Source: an uncultured Clostridia bacterium
GTDB taxonomy: Bacteria > Bacillota > Clostridia > TANB77 > CAG-508
DNA: 64,000 nt
Direction: 5' to 3'
Assembly (NCBI GenBank): GCA_963556905.1
Contig: CAUWAY010000001.1
Span: 23,709 to 87,708 of the forward strand
Under the pieces are notes generated by a model. It ran no database searches and was not told the origin of the DNA. It saw only the letters and a program-made list of their open reading frames with translations. This document shows positions 9,501 through 19,125 of the stretch, one piece after another (position 1 is the stretch's first letter; the number at the start of each line of letters is the position of its first letter). A program made the translations under genes and the position numbers.

Positions 9501-11737
9501 GCATATTTTGCAGGATATCCATCTAATAGCATTATATCTGTTACTAAACCACATCTTAAATAACTTCCTTCTAACAAATCATGGCTTAATACAGTATTTT
9601 CAGGTATTTCATCTTTTAATATATTTGAAAATACTTCTACATCATATATTCCCTTTCCTGTAAAAATTCCTTCTTCAAAATTGTCTTGATATGCATCTGA
9701 TATTGCATTTGTATAATTATCAATTCCTCCTGCTCCCGCAAAAATTTTTGTAAATAAATTTTTATTGCTATCTTCTAAGTTAATTCCTACTCTTGGTTGC
9801 ATAAGTGCGTGTCCATTTTCAACAATTTTTTTGTTTTCGTTTATTTCTGGTTTATTTAAAATATGTGCCATTGCTCCAATTAGTTGAAATGCTGTGTTTA
9901 ATGGTAAATCTGTATCTGCATCTAATGTAATTACATATTTTATTTGTGGCAAACTATTTTGGTCTATTGTATTTATTTTAAATTTGTTTTTTTCATGTTT
10001 TAAAATATATTCATTAAATTGTGTTAACATGCCTCTTTTTCTTTCCCAACCCAAGTATTTTCCTTCTCCATTATTAAATTCTCTTTCTCTATATATAAAG
10101 TGAAAAATTGGGAATTTTTTATTAGAATATTTTTTATTCAGTTTTTTAACTTGTCTCAAGCCTTCTTCTATTATTTCTTTATCAAATTTTTCTTCTTTTG
10201 AATTACTTTCAGAGCAGTCTCCTAGTATTGAAAAATATAAGTTTTCGCTTTTATTTGCTAAATAATATACTTCTAATTTTTTGAATAGTTCTTGTACTTT
10301 TTCTTTTGATTTTATTATTGTTGGAATTACTACAAATGTTGTATTTTCTTGTGTTATACCTTTTTCAAAATCCATTTTAGGTATTATTTTTGGTTTTATA
10401 ACTTTTCCTAGTAAATATTGTATTGTCTTTATTACAAGTTCTGATACTGGAATTATCAGTAAAACTAATGTTATAATATATTTTATAAAGTTGTTTGATA
10501 CTGTTTGTGCTAAAAGTATTGATATTAACATTGTAAACGTTATTATTGATAAAATATATATTTTTACTTTTGAGTTATTGCTCAGTTTTTCTTGTGGTAA
10601 TTCTAATGTTTTATATAATTTTTTTCTTCCTTTATCTATTAAATAATATCCTATATGTTTTTCTTTTTCTCTATTGTTTTTTATTTTGCAAAGTTCAATT
10701 GTTTTTTTTGCAATATATATTTCTGACATATGTGTTTTTTGAGCAATTTCTTTTATTGCATTTCTATAATATTCTTTAGTACTATATTCCATTTTTTCAT
10801 ATATTCCTGCTGGATCTTGATTTAAAATTTCTTCTACTCCATTTATTTTTTCAAATATTTTTAAAAAGTTTATTCTTTGTATTTTTCTTATACTTGTTAT
10901 GCAATTTGCCATTGTTATTTTTTTTATTGCTGAATCAAAATGTTCTTTTTGAATTGCTTCTGATACCGTTATTCCTGTTTTCTCAACTTCTTCTTCTAAT
11001 ATGTTTAAATATCCATATGCTTTTTTTCCATATTTTTTCAATGAATATGACATATATTCTATAAATGAGTATCTCATATCTTTAAATTCATTATTTTTTA
11101 GCTTTATACCATATATGTTGTTATATTTTAATTCATCTTTTTCTTTTTTCTCTATTAATCTTTCAATTATATTTTTTACTTTATATTTTTGAAGTTGTGA
11201 ACTATATATTTTTTCACATATTTCTGCTATATTTTGAATTATAGATATTTGCAAAAAAACTCCTATATTCCATATTTCTTCCATATTTAATGTTTTTTTA
11301 GTTTGATATGCTTGTAAATATTTTTTTAAATTTTCTCCTGTTATTTTACTGTCTGTATATGCTACTATTTCTGTCGCTAATACATATATTCTAGCAAATC
11401 CTGAATACTTTCCATTTTGTATTCCTACAAAATTAGTATATTTTTTTAGTGTCATTTCTTTTTCTATTTGCCTTACTACTTCTTCTATTATATAAAAATT
11501 GTCTAATATCCATTCTCCTGCCGGATGGATATTTATTCCAAGTTTTATATGTTCATTTAATAAATTATATACTGTTTTTATTATATAATAATTTTCTAAC
11601 ATTTGTGGTATTGGATATGTTTGTTTGTTAGACTTTACTTTTAATATATGTTGCATTGCCATTTTTTCTAAATGTTGTTCTAGTTGTTCTTCATCTAATA
11701 TGGCTCCTTCTATATTTAGTTTTTGATATTTCCTCAA
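3599..11737 (-). CDS. cyclic beta-1,2-glucan synthase-like giant protein (membrane GT84-like glycosyltransferase plus C-terminal GH94-like glycoside phosphorylase)
   Basis: Uninterrupted 2712-aa ORF. It has TM segments and the motifs LGWERKRG, TLDADTDLP and SHDLLEGSYLRCGLVTD...RWTRGDWQ, as in NdvB/Cgs. The C-terminal region has FRDQLQD and other GH94-like blocks. Confidence 0.8.
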   Translation of the reverse strand: MRKYQKLNIEGAILDEEQLEQHLEKMAMQHILKVKSNKQTYPIPQMLENYYIIKTVYNLLNEHIKLGINIHPAGEWILDNFYIIEEVVRQIEKEMTLKKYTNFVGIQNGKYSGFARIYVLATEIVAYTDSKITGENLKKYLQAYQTKKTLNMEEIWNIGVFLQISIIQNIAEICEKIYSSQLQKYKVKNIIERLIEKKEKDELKYNNIYGIKLKNNEFKDMRYSFIEYMSYSLKKYGKKAYGYLNILEEEVEKTGITVSEAIQKEHFDSAIKKITMANCITSIRKIQRINFLKIFEKINGVEEILNQDPAGIYEKMEYSTKEYYRNAIKEIAQKTHMSEIYIAKKTIELCKIKNNREKEKHIGYYLIDKGRKKLYKTLELPQEKLSNNSKVKIYILSIITFTMLISILLAQTVSNNFIKYIITLVLLIIPVSELVIKTIQYLLGKVIKPKIIPKMDFEKGITQENTTFVVIPTIIKSKEKVQELFKKLEVYYLANKSENLYFSILGDCSESNSKEEKFDKEIIEEGLRQVKKLNKKYSNKKFPIFHFIYREREFNNGEGKYLGWERKRGMLTQFNEYILKHEKNKFKINTIDQNSLPQIKYVITLDADTDLPLNTAFQLIGAMAHILNKPEINENKKIVENGHALMQPRVGINLEDSNKNLFTKIFAGAGGIDNYTNAISDAYQDNFEEGIFTGKGIYDVEVFSNILKDEIPENTVLSHDLLEGSYLRCGLVTDIMLLDGYPAKYASFINRLVRWTRGDWQISKWINNSNLNLLSKFKILDNLRRSLFETSIILLICWTIIGLSNSKLLLIITLIITIYPFLLEMMTRVFSKKEGEKKQKTYATHINGYKGAIYRAILTLGCLPHKAYEELKAILKTIYRVNISHKHLLEWMTSEEAEKQAQTKLSTYYNMMFINIIMGILAIISSIINNNMILLILGILWGTSPYIMYQISKIPIKNKTVEKLEEKEKTYIKQISQKTWKFFKDYITPKNNYLIPDNYQEERKEIVVSRTSSTNIGLSLLAVISSYDLGFENLEDTINLLKNIINSIYELPKWNGHLYNWYNIKNKTPLNPRYVSTVDSGNLVGYMFTTKAFLQEINDKYEEIEEKQLKQENIDVNEIQELITKLSKMIEETNFKVLYNDEQSLFSIGYNVEENKLTDSYYDLLASEARQASLVAIAKKDISPKHWNNLSRTLTVLKKYKGLISWSGTAFEYLMPNINVKRYEGSLLDESCKFLIMNQIEYSQKLGIPWGISESAFNLKDLHSNYQYKAFGIPWLGLKRGLEDEMVVASYGSILAITDKPKEVVENLKKLEKEGMYDKYGFYESIDYTPERLSKGKKSEPVKTYMAHHQALILLSINNLFNEKIFQERFMKNPEIQAVNILLQERMPETFIITKENKEKPEKIKYKDYENYSIREYTKIDERVERGNLIGNEKYNIAINQKGIGVSKFDGNYINRFKKTDDYEQGIFIYIKDIQTNQIWSATGNKNCDKFTIDFMPDKNQFEKENEDIKTKLEITVDANEPVEIRRLEIKNNSNQEKIFEVTGFFEPVLSKKEQDYAHQAFNNLFLIYEYDEKLDAILLKRKNREANKKELYLIAKMQTNCEKIGETEFEIDKERFIGRNNLGLPNAIKKSAPLSKKIGLTTEGIVALKNTIKVKPNEKVYIDLILSVEYNKQIAIQNIEKYKITENVSREFEIVKAKVDAESRYLDVKGKDIDIYQTIASYILFENPLNKNEKFENKIYEQANLWKYGISGDLPIIVVTIKYVNDLYVVEQVVKMYEYLRTKNLKIELVIIDEEDYSYENYVKNEVEGVILNSQLSYMKNTFGGIFILSKSEIDIQDVNLIKFVSTIVIDSHLGNLENIIKDMEDEVLDNYRTIELSKETIEDDDMTQEIDLLSNTQNLKYYNEYGAFSEDGKEYWIKTNKENKVPATWSHIMANKNFGTVVTESNGGYSWYKNSRLNRVTSWHNSSSVNIPSETIYLKDEENGRIWSPTAMPMPDSKNYNTVYGFGYTKFIHASDDIIQELELFVPQEDSCKINILTLKNIAPKKKKIKIIYYTKPVLGEDEIKSSGYIKLQYEENSNILIAKNLYKTDEFRNVIYVSSSEQIKTYTGNKSKFMGKGGISNPDGLHCMRLDNDNGIGKKTCIAIELEIEIESFSDKKVSIILGAEDNIINAKDIAYKYSKIQNCYIELGKVKNKWNETLGKIQVNTPYESLNIMLNGWIMYQTIESRLCGKSGFYQSGGAYGFRDQLQDALSTKYINSDILKNQIIKHSKHQFLEGDVQHWWHEENGRGIRTKFSDDLLWLPYAVIQYINYTGDYSILNVKTPYLEGAILSENETEKYDKYILSDIEETIYNHCKKAINRACNFGENGLPKIGIGDWNDGFSNIGPQGKGESVWLGFFLYKILKEFAKIAQKQEMPMQDENKNDLNHVKYDIETSKKYLDIARNLQDNLNKNAWDGRWYKRAFGDFGETYGSMENEECRIDSISQSWSIISGAGEDEKTVIAMQSLENHLVDRENGIIKLLDPPFDKGKLEPGYIKAYLPGVRENGGQYTHAAIWAIIAEAILKDGDKAVEWYKMINPIEHARTKESSRKYKVEPYVMAADIYGAQNLAGAGGWTWYTGSSSWYYLAGIEYILGLRIYHNTMSINPCIPKNWEGYSMRFKFGESIYNIKVRNISKSLTEVKKILINGEEIENKIILDPCGKIFNIEVEI

Positions 11738-11801
11738 AAAAATCCACTCCTTGCATTTTTCTCTATTGTTTGCAATTTGTGGATTTTTATACCTTTATAT
11801 T

Positions 11802-14033
11802 TTAATATAATTTTTTTAATTTATATTCTAGCCCTGTATTTCTTTTTTTGCTATCTACATTTTGTATCATGTAATCAACTATTTTTTCATTTCCTATAAT
11901 TATTAATAATTTTTTCGCTCTTGTTAGACCTGTATATAATAGATTTCTTGTTAATAACATTGGGGCTGCTTGTGGTATTATCATTATTACTACATCAAAT
12001 TCACTTCCTTGAGCCTTGTGTATTGTTATGCAATAACTATGTTCTATTTGTTCTAGTTCATTATATTCATACCAACATATTTTTTCATCATCAAATTTTA
12101 CAGTAATGTTTTTTTCTTTTTCATTTATATATATTATTGTTCCTGTTTCTCCATTAAATATTCCATTTCCAACTTCTAATGTTTCTCCATTTTTCTTTTC
12201 CCAATACATGTCATAATTGTTTTTTATTTGCATTACTCTATCACCAATTCTAAAAATAGCACCCATACTTACTTTTTCTGTTTCTCCATCTCTTGGTGGA
12301 TTTAATTCTTTTTGTAATGCTTTATTCATTTCTTTTGTTCCTAGTAAACCTTTTTTAGTTGGTGTCAATACTTGTATATTTTCAAAGAAGTCATAATTTC
12401 CAAATTTTTTTAATCTTCCATTGCATAATGATAGTACTTGTTCTAATACTTTTTCTTGGTTATTTTCTTTTATGAAGAAAAAATCTTGTTTTGAGTCTTC
12501 TTTTAATTCTGTTTCATCTTTTTCGACAAATTTTCTTCCACTGTTTACTCTATGAGCATTTACTATTATTTTGCTTTTGGCTGCTTGTCTAAAGATTTTG
12601 TCTAAATGAACTGTTGTAATTTTTTCTGATAAAATCATATCTTGTAATACACTTCCTGGGCCAACTGATGGTAATTGATCACTATCTCCTACTAATATTA
12701 GTTTTGTTCCTAAATATATACAGTCTAATAAATATCCCATTATGAACATATCTACCATTGATACTTCATCTACTATTATTATGTCTCCATCTATTGGAGA
12801 ACCTTGATATTCATTTTCTTTTTTAAATAGTGATTCTTCATCTACTTTCCCTATTTCTAATAGTCTATGCAATGTGCTTGCTTCTTCTCCTGTTGTTTCA
12901 GTCATCCTTTTGGCTGCTCTTCCTGTTGGTGCACTTAATACTATTTTATATTTTTTTTGCTTATATATTTCTATTATGCTTTTTATTATTGTTGTTTTTC
13001 CTGTTCCCGGCCCTCCTGTTATTATTGTTACATTGTTATCATTTATTGCTGTTATTGCTTCTTTTTGTTTTTCAGAGAGTATTATATCTGTTTTTTCTTC
13101 AATTTTTTTTAATTCTTTTTCTATATTATTTACTTTTTTTATATTTTTGGCATTATCTAATTTTGCTATTCTTTCTGTTATTTTGTTTTCTGCATTATAA
13201 AAACTATATAAATATATCCATTGTTTTTCATCTCTGTCTTCTATTATTATTTCATTATTTACTCTTAAGTTAACTATTCCATCTTCTATCGTTTTTTTAC
13301 TTACATCTAAAAGTTGCTCAACATATTCTATTAAGTTTTCTTTTTGTGTACAACAATGTCCATTATATGTAATTCTTATTAAAGCATATTTTATACCACT
13401 TTTTACTCTTTTTTGATTTTCTTTTTCTATTCCAAGTTCTATTGCCATTTGGTCTATTTGTCTAAAGTCTACTCCTCTTGATATATCTATTAATATATAT
13501 GGGTTTGATTCTATTTCCTCTATTGCATTTATTCCTAATAGACTATAAACTTTTTTTGCATTTTCTGCACCTATTCCAAATCTTTCTAAAAAGCCTACTA
13601 TTTGCCATACTTCCCAGTTTTCTATAAAACTTTCTGAAATTTCTATTGCCTTTTCTTTACTTATTCCTTTTATTTGTTCTAATTTTTGTGGCTCAAATTT
13701 TAAGACATGTATTGTTTCTTCTCCGAATTTATTTATTATTTTTGTTGCTGTTGCAGGTCCAACTCCTTTTATGTTTCCATTTGCTAAGTATTTTTCTAAT
13801 GCTCCTAATGTTTGTGGCATTATTTTTTCGAACGTTTCTATTTTAAATTGCTCTCCATAATCTTTATGTTCTACAAATTTTCCGATTATTTTTATATTAT
13901 CTCCTTTATTTATAAATGGTAAATATCCTACAATAGTAAGTTGTTCTTCTTCAGTTTCAAATATTCCAACAGTATAACTATTTACTTCATTTTGATATAT
14001 TATATCTGTTAGTGTTCCTTCTTTTTCTTCCAA
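11802..14033 (-). CDS. recD2: ATP-dependent RecD2-type (RecD/TraA family) DNA helicase
   Basis: 743 aa. Motifs: HhH region GVGPATATKI, Walker A TGGPGTGKTT, DEVSMVD, LVGDSDQLPSVGPG, and C-terminal ITIHKAQGSEF. Confidence 0.85.
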   Translation of the reverse strand: MEEKEGTLTDIIYQNEVNSYTVGIFETEEEQLTIVGYLPFINKGDNIKIIGKFVEHKDYGEQFKIETFEKIMPQTLGALEKYLANGNIKGVGPATATKIINKFGEETIHVLKFEPQKLEQIKGISKEKAIEISESFIENWEVWQIVGFLERFGIGAENAKKVYSLLGINAIEEIESNPYILIDISRGVDFRQIDQMAIELGIEKENQKRVKSGIKYALIRITYNGHCCTQKENLIEYVEQLLDVSKKTIEDGIVNLRVNNEIIIEDRDEKQWIYLYSFYNAENKITERIAKLDNAKNIKKVNNIEKELKKIEEKTDIILSEKQKEAITAINDNNVTIITGGPGTGKTTIIKSIIEIYKQKKYKIVLSAPTGRAAKRMTETTGEEASTLHRLLEIGKVDEESLFKKENEYQGSPIDGDIIIVDEVSMVDMFIMGYLLDCIYLGTKLILVGDSDQLPSVGPGSVLQDMILSEKITTVHLDKIFRQAAKSKIIVNAHRVNSGRKFVEKDETELKEDSKQDFFFIKENNQEKVLEQVLSLCNGRLKKFGNYDFFENIQVLTPTKKGLLGTKEMNKALQKELNPPRDGETEKVSMGAIFRIGDRVMQIKNNYDMYWEKKNGETLEVGNGIFNGETGTIIYINEKEKNITVKFDDEKICWYEYNELEQIEHSYCITIHKAQGSEFDVVIMIIPQAAPMLLTRNLLYTGLTRAKKLLIIIGNEKIVDYMIQNVDSKKRNTGLEYKLKKLY

Positions 14034-14113
14034 TATTTGTCCTCTTTTCTTTATGTTTTTATTTAGTACTTTCTAGTATATATTTATTAGTGTATCACAG
14101 AATTTTTTTGATT

Positions 14114-14470
14114 TCAATTGTTTTCTTCTATATTGTCAATTATATCTTTACATTCTTTCCAATTAGCTATTCTTACACATTCATAGTCTAAAGACATTTT
14201 ATCTACTATTTCTTTTGTTTTATCTGTTGAGCCTAAATCTGTAACAATTATGTCCTTTATATATTCTTCTTTTCCGTATAAAAGCTTAAATAAACTTGAA
14301 CGTAAAAATCCTTCTATTGTTTCTTCCTGATTTTTTACTGCTATTATTATGTATATTCCATCTGCTCTCATTTTGGTATATGTGAAAATATATATAATTT
14401 GTTTTACCAATTCAAATAAGCCATAAAGGGCAAGTGTCCAAAGTATTGAATTTATGATAAAATTCTCCAT
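14114..14470 (-). CDS. hypothetical membrane-anchored protein
   Basis: The ORF runs 14114..14557, but the AAGGAGG RBS precedes the internal Met at 14470 (MENFIINSILWTLALYG..). It has one N-terminal TM. No family was recognised. Confidence 0.4.
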   Translation of the reverse strand: MENFIINSILWTLALYGLFELVKQIIYIFTYTKMRADGIYIIIAVKNQEETIEGFLRSSLFKLLYGKEEYIKDIIVTDLGSTDKTKEIVDKMSLDYECVRIANWKECKDIIDNIEENN

Positions 14471-14532
14471 ACCTTTTTCCTCCTTATGACTATTATATGA
14501 TTTTATTTTTATTTTGCTACTACTATTATTAT

Positions 14533-15642
14533 CTATAGTTTTATTATCTTTTCCCAAGGTAATTCTGGCTTTCCAAAATGACCATAATTTGTTGTTTTAG
14601 TATATATTGGCTCACATAATCCTAAATATTTTATTATTCCTTTTGGAGTTAAGTCAAAATTTTTATTAATTATTTCTATTATTTGTTCTTCTGAAATTTT
14701 ATTTGTTCCAAATGTTTCTATGAAAATAGACATAGTTTTTTCTATACCTATTGCATATGCAACTTGTATTTCACATCTTTTGGCATATTTATTTGCTACA
14801 ATATTTTTTGCTATGTGGCGTAACATATATGCTGCACTTCTATCTACTTTTGTTGCATCTTTGCCTGAAAATGCTCCTCCTCCATGACGTGCATATCCTC
14901 CGTATGTGTCAACTATTATTTTTCTTCCTGTTAGACCTGTGTCTCCTAAAGGTCCTCCTATTACAAATCTTCCTGTTGGATTTATATAGTATTTAGTATT
15001 GATATCTAAGTATTTTTTTGGAATTACTGTATTTATAACTTGTTCTTTTATGTCTTTTTTTAATTTTTCTATATCTATTTCTGGTATATGTTGTGTAGAT
15101 ATTAGTATTGAATCTATTCTTTTTACTTCATTTTCTTCATATTCTACTGTTACTTGTGTTTTTCCGTCTGGTCTTAAATATGGTAATATTCCTTTTTTAC
15201 GAACTTCTGTAAGCTTTTTTGATAGTTTATGTGCCATTGATATTGCAAATGGCATATATTCTTCTGTTTCATCAGAGGCATATCCGAACATTATCCCTTG
15301 GTCTCCTGCTCCTCCTATATCTACTCCTTGTGAAATATCTAAGCTTTGTTTTGTTATGTTTATATCTATTTTACATGTTCGATAGTCCATATCTAGTTTT
15401 GAATTGTCATATCCTATTTCTTTTATTTTTTCTCTTACAATTTTTTCGATATCTAGTTTTGCATTCGTTGTTAATTGACCTGCTATTGTTATTTGGTTTG
15501 CAGATGCAAATGTTTCTATTGCTACTCTTGCATTTTTATCTTGTTTTAAGGCTTCATCTAATATTGTATCTGATATATAGTCACATAATTTGTCTGGATG
15601 CCCTTCTGTTACACTTTCAGATGTAAAATAAAATTTTTTCAT
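14533..15642 (-). CDS. metK: S-adenosylmethionine synthetase
   Basis: 369 aa with [19 protein letters not shown] and GGGAFSGKD motifs. Confidence 0.95.
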   Translation of the reverse strand: MKKFYFTSESVTEGHPDKLCDYISDTILDEALKQDKNARVAIETFASANQITIAGQLTTNAKLDIEKIVREKIKEIGYDNSKLDMDYRTCKIDINITKQSLDISQGVDIGGAGDQGIMFGYASDETEEYMPFAISMAHKLSKKLTEVRKKGILPYLRPDGKTQVTVEYEENEVKRIDSILISTQHIPEIDIEKLKKDIKEQVINTVIPKKYLDINTKYYINPTGRFVIGGPLGDTGLTGRKIIVDTYGGYARHGGGAFSGKDATKVDRSAAYMLRHIAKNIVANKYAKRCEIQVAYAIGIEKTMSIFIETFGTNKISEEQIIEIINKNFDLTPKGIIKYLGLCEPIYTKTTNYGHFGKPELPWEKIIKL

Positions 15643-15688
15643 ATATTGTTTTTCCTTTCTTTTGAATAGAATTGTAATTTTTATTATA

Positions 15689-15723
15689 GAAAAAACTCTG
15701 TTAAATTATTTACTAACAGAGTT
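15689..15723 (-). terminator. rho-independent terminator after rplQ
   Basis: Stem AAACTCTGTTA/TAACAGAGTTT with a T-run on the minus strand. A TATAAT box for metK follows. Confidence 0.65.
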
Positions 15724-15745
15724 TGATAATTGTATTAAATTCTTT

Positions 15746-16264
15746 TTAAACAAGTTGTAATATAGCTACTTCTGCTGCATCTCCTCTACGAGGACCAGCT
15801 TTTATTATTCTTGTATATCCTCCAACTCTTGATTCGTATTTTGGAGCAATTTCATTGAATAATTTTGCAATTACATCTGTATCTTTTACTTTGTTTAATT
15901 TTGTCATCATTTTTCTTCTTGCATTTAATCTTGATGGCATATCTTTTTGTCTTTTTTCAGTTGTTTCTTCTTTTACAACTTTTAAATATTCTTTCCCATT
16001 TTTACTTTTCACTAATTCTGTAACTTTGTTACCTTTAGAATCTAATTTTGCTTTTACTACTTTTACTTCTACTGTTTCAAAGTTATCTTTTTCTTTTATT
16101 GCTAATGCTATTATACTATCTGCTATAGCTTTTACTTCTTTAGCTCTAGCTTCTGTTGTTTCAACTTTTCCTTTTAAGATTAAGTCTGTTGTTAGAGTTT
16201 TTAACATTGCATTTCTTATATCAGTTTTTCTACCTAATTTTCTATTTGTAGCCACTTTTTTCAC
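15746..16264 (-). CDS. rplQ: 50S ribosomal protein L17 with an unusual ~55-60 aa internal insertion
   Basis: The N-terminal LGR...R.AML..L...LI...K.ETT..RAKE and C-terminal GGYTRI.K.GPRRGDAAE blocks are typical of L17. The protein is 172 aa, versus about 115-130 usually. Confidence 0.85.
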   Translation of the reverse strand: MKKVATNRKLGRKTDIRNAMLKTLTTDLILKGKVETTEARAKEVKAIADSIIALAIKEKDNFETVEVKVVKAKLDSKGNKVTELVKSKNGKEYLKVVKEETTEKRQKDMPSRLNARRKMMTKLNKVKDTDVIAKLFNEIAPKYESRVGGYTRIIKAGPRRGDAAEVAILQLV

Positions 16265-16285
16265 CTTCCTTTTTATCTGTAAATA

Positions 16286-17233
16286 TTACTCGTCTTCTTG
16301 TGTGAAACTTAGACCTAATGAATGTAATTTTGCAATTACTTCATCTAATGATTTCTTTCCTAAGTTTCTAACTTTCATCATATCACTTTCAGATCTATTT
16401 GTTAAATCTTCTACTGTAGCAATTCCTGCTCTTTTTAAGCAGTTGAATGAACGTACAGATAATTCTAATTCTTCAATTGATGTTTCTAAAACTTTTTCTT
16501 TTTTAGATTCTTCTTTTTCAATCATTACTTGTGTATTTTTTGTTGCTTCTGATAAATCTATGAATAATTCTAAATGTCCTGTCATTACTTTTGCAGCTAA
16601 GCTTAATGCTTCATGAGCTTTTAAGCTACCATCTGTCCAAACTTCTATAATTAGCTTATCATAGTCAACCATTTGCCCTACTCTAGTGTTTTTTACTTGA
16701 TAATTTACTTTTTTAACTGGTGTATAAATTGAATCTATTGGAAGCACAGATATGTCTTGGTTTGGTTTTTTATTTTTTTCAGAAGGGCTATATCCTCTTC
16801 CCATATCTGCTGTCATTTCCATTATCAACTGTCCACCTTCAGATACAGTTGCTATATGTAAGTCTGGATTTAAAATTTCTACAGTACCATCTGTTACTAT
16901 GTCTGCTGCAGTAACTTCTCCTTCTCCTTTAAAGTTAATTCTCATAACTTTTTCTTCATTTTCAGAAAATTTTAGTCTGACATTTTTTAAATTAACTATA
17001 ATTTCAGGCACATCTTCTACAACATTTGGTATGCTTGAGAATTCGTGTAATACTCCTTCTATCTTAACACTTGTTATTGCACATCCTGTTAAAGATGAAA
17101 GTAATATACGTCTTAATGAGTTTCCTATCGTTACTCCATATCCTCTTTCTAATGGTTCACATACAAATTTTGCATAATTGTTTGTGTCATCAACCTCTAG
17201 ACATTCAATATTTGGCTTTTCAAATTCTATCAT
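16286..17233 (-). CDS. rpoA: DNA-directed RNA polymerase subunit alpha
   Basis: 315 aa with [11 protein letters not shown] and a C-terminal domain [16 protein letters not shown]. Position in the cluster is canonical. Confidence 0.95.
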   Translation of the reverse strand: MIEFEKPNIECLEVDDTNNYAKFVCEPLERGYGVTIGNSLRRILLSSLTGCAITSVKIEGVLHEFSSIPNVVEDVPEIIVNLKNVRLKFSENEEKVMRINFKGEGEVTAADIVTDGTVEILNPDLHIATVSEGGQLIMEMTADMGRGYSPSEKNKKPNQDISVLPIDSIYTPVKKVNYQVKNTRVGQMVDYDKLIIEVWTDGSLKAHEALSLAAKVMTGHLELFIDLSEATKNTQVMIEKEESKKEKVLETSIEELELSVRSFNCLKRAGIATVEDLTNRSESDMMKVRNLGKKSLDEVIAKLHSLGLSFTQEDE

Positions 17234-17259
17234 TTCTACCTCCTAATTTTTTTTAAAAA

Positions 17260-17886
17260 CTATTTAGAGTAAAGCTCTACTATTAAATGCTCTTCAACTG
17301 GAATATCAACATCTTCTCTTGACGCTAATCTTACTACTTTACCACTTAAAGTTTCGTTATTTAATTCTAGCCATGCTGGAACTGGTCTTGCTGAGTTTGC
17401 TTCTACATTTGCTTTGATTGCTCCATTGTCTTTTTTGTTTTCTCTTACTGTTATTACATCTCCTGCTTTTACTAAATAAGATGGAATATCTACTCTTTTT
17501 CCATTAACTGCAAATTGTCCATGGTTTACAAATTGTCTTGCTTGCGCTCTTGAAGCCCCAAATCCTAATCTGTATACAACATTATCTAATCTGCTTTCTA
17601 ATATTTGTAATAAGTTTTCACCTGTTACTCCTTTTTTATTAGATGCCATTTCGAAATATCCTCTAAATTGTTTTTCTCCAACTCCATAGTATGATTTTGT
17701 TTTTTGTTTTTCTCTTAATTGTGTTCCGTATTCAGAAAGTTTTGCTCTTTTTTGTCCATGTTGTCCTGGTGCATAGTTTCTTCTAGAAATACTGCATTTG
17801 TCAGAATAACATCTTGATCCTTTTAAGAACAATTTTTGTCCTTCTCTACGGCAAATACGACATTGTTCGTCTATATAACGTGCCAT
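17260..17886 (-). CDS. rpsD: 30S ribosomal protein S4
   Basis: 208 aa: MARY..., C-x-C zinc-like N-terminus, [12 protein letters not shown]4 domain. Confidence 0.95.
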   Translation of the reverse strand: MARYIDEQCRICRREGQKLFLKGSRCYSDKCSISRRNYAPGQHGQKRAKLSEYGTQLREKQKTKSYYGVGEKQFRGYFEMASNKKGVTGENLLQILESRLDNVVYRLGFGASRAQARQFVNHGQFAVNGKRVDIPSYLVKAGDVITVRENKKDNGAIKANVEANSARPVPAWLELNNETLSGKVVRLASREDVDIPVEEHLIVELYSK

Positions 17887-17983
17887 CTTTTATTTACACC
17901 TCTTTCTTTATTTCCTTAATATTTTTGATGCGTCATTTTTTAGATCACATCTTACCTTTTTTTCTCTATATTATAAATATATT

Positions 17984-18382
17984 TTATACTCTTCTTCTTT
18001 TTGGTGGTCTACATCCATTGTGTGGGATTGGTGTTACGTCTTTTATGCTACTGATTTCTAATCCAGCAGATTGAAGTGATCTTATTGCAGCTTCTCTACC
18101 AGCCCCTGGACCTTTAACATATACTTCAACAGTTTTTAATCCATGTTCCATTGCTGCTTTTGCTGCTGTTTCAGCAACTTCTCCAGCTGCAAATGGTGTG
18201 CTTTTTCTTGAACCTTTGAATCCTAATCCTCCTGCACTTCCCCATGATATTGTATTTCCGTTTGTATCTGTTATTGTAACTATTGTATTATTAAAGCTAG
18301 AATGAATGTGTGCTTCTCCTTTATCAATGTTTTTTCTGTTTCTTCTAGCAACTGTTTTCTTTGCAACATTTTTGTTAGCCAT
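17984..18382 (-). CDS. rpsK: 30S ribosomal protein S11
   Basis: 132 aa: [31 protein letters not shown]. Confidence 0.95.
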   Translation of the reverse strand: MANKNVAKKTVARRNRKNIDKGEAHIHSSFNNTIVTITDTNGNTISWGSAGGLGFKGSRKSTPFAAGEVAETAAKAAMEHGLKTVEVYVKGPGAGREAAIRSLQSAGLEISSIKDVTPIPHNGCRPPKRRRV

Positions 18383-18500
18383 TTTTTTATTTCCCTCCCT
18401 TTAAAAAACGGAATTAGTATTTTCTAATATTTTTAGAAAAACTATATTTCATTTCGAATATTTAATTTTCTCTACATAACTTTACTTTTTTGATTATGTA

Positions 18501-18875
18501 TTAAACAGCTTTTTTTGATCTGCTTACTAATTTTCTTGGACCTTTTCTTGTACGAGCATTAGTTTTTGTTCTTTGTCCTCTTACCGGAAGACTTCTTCTA
18601 TGTCTTAATCCTCTGTAGCATCCAATTTCTGTTAGTCTCTTAATGTTAAGAGCTACTTCTCTTCTTAAATCACCTTCAACCTTATATGATTCATCAATAG
18701 CTTTTCTTATGCTATTTACTTCATCATCTGTTAGGTCTTTTACTCTAGTGTCTGGATTTACTCCAGCTTTTGCTAATATTTTTTGTGAGCTAGCTACTCC
18801 TATACCATAGATATATGTAAGTCCTATTTCTATTCTTTTTTCTTTAGGTAAATCTACTCCTGCTATACGAGCCAT
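18501..18875 (-). CDS. rpsM: 30S ribosomal protein S13
   Basis: The track ORF extends to 18935, but the GGAGGTG RBS precedes [14 protein letters not shown] at 18875. Confidence 0.9.
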   Translation of the reverse strand: MARIAGVDLPKEKRIEIGLTYIYGIGVASSQKILAKAGVNPDTRVKDLTDDEVNSIRKAIDESYKVEGDLRREVALNIKRLTEIGCYRGLRHRRSLPVRGQRTKTNARTRKGPRKLVSRSKKAV

Positions 18876-19125
18876 GTTTTTTTGCACCTCCAAATTTTTT
18901 TTTGCTCTGTGAGCTTTATTTTTTTCTTTGAACATTTCTTGTTTTTTTAGTTATGTTCTTGTGGTTTTGTCCTCATTTTTCTTAAAGGTGAAATGCATCT
19001 AATGAAATGTTTTTTCATTTCTTAGATCTTTAAGTTGAAATTTTGGACATATATATAAACACAAACCGGATTTGAAAACTTATAGTTTTTCAGCCGCTAC
19101 CCTATTTGTGCTATAAACTTAAGGA

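Noticed and set aside
15643-15745. Possible SAM riboswitch or T-box upstream of metK
   Set aside because: The leader is only ~60 nt after the rplQ terminator and a TATAAT box. No SAM-I/T-box core sequences are present.
18876-18935. N-terminal extensions in track ORFs (rps[11 protein letters not shown].., map MYQKKQLRKE.., inf[10 protein letters not shown].., rubredoxin, smc, ddl, ferredoxin, htpX, dps)
   Set aside because: In each case a strong RBS precedes an internal start that matches the canonical protein N-terminus. The extensions lack an RBS and are unconserved-looking.
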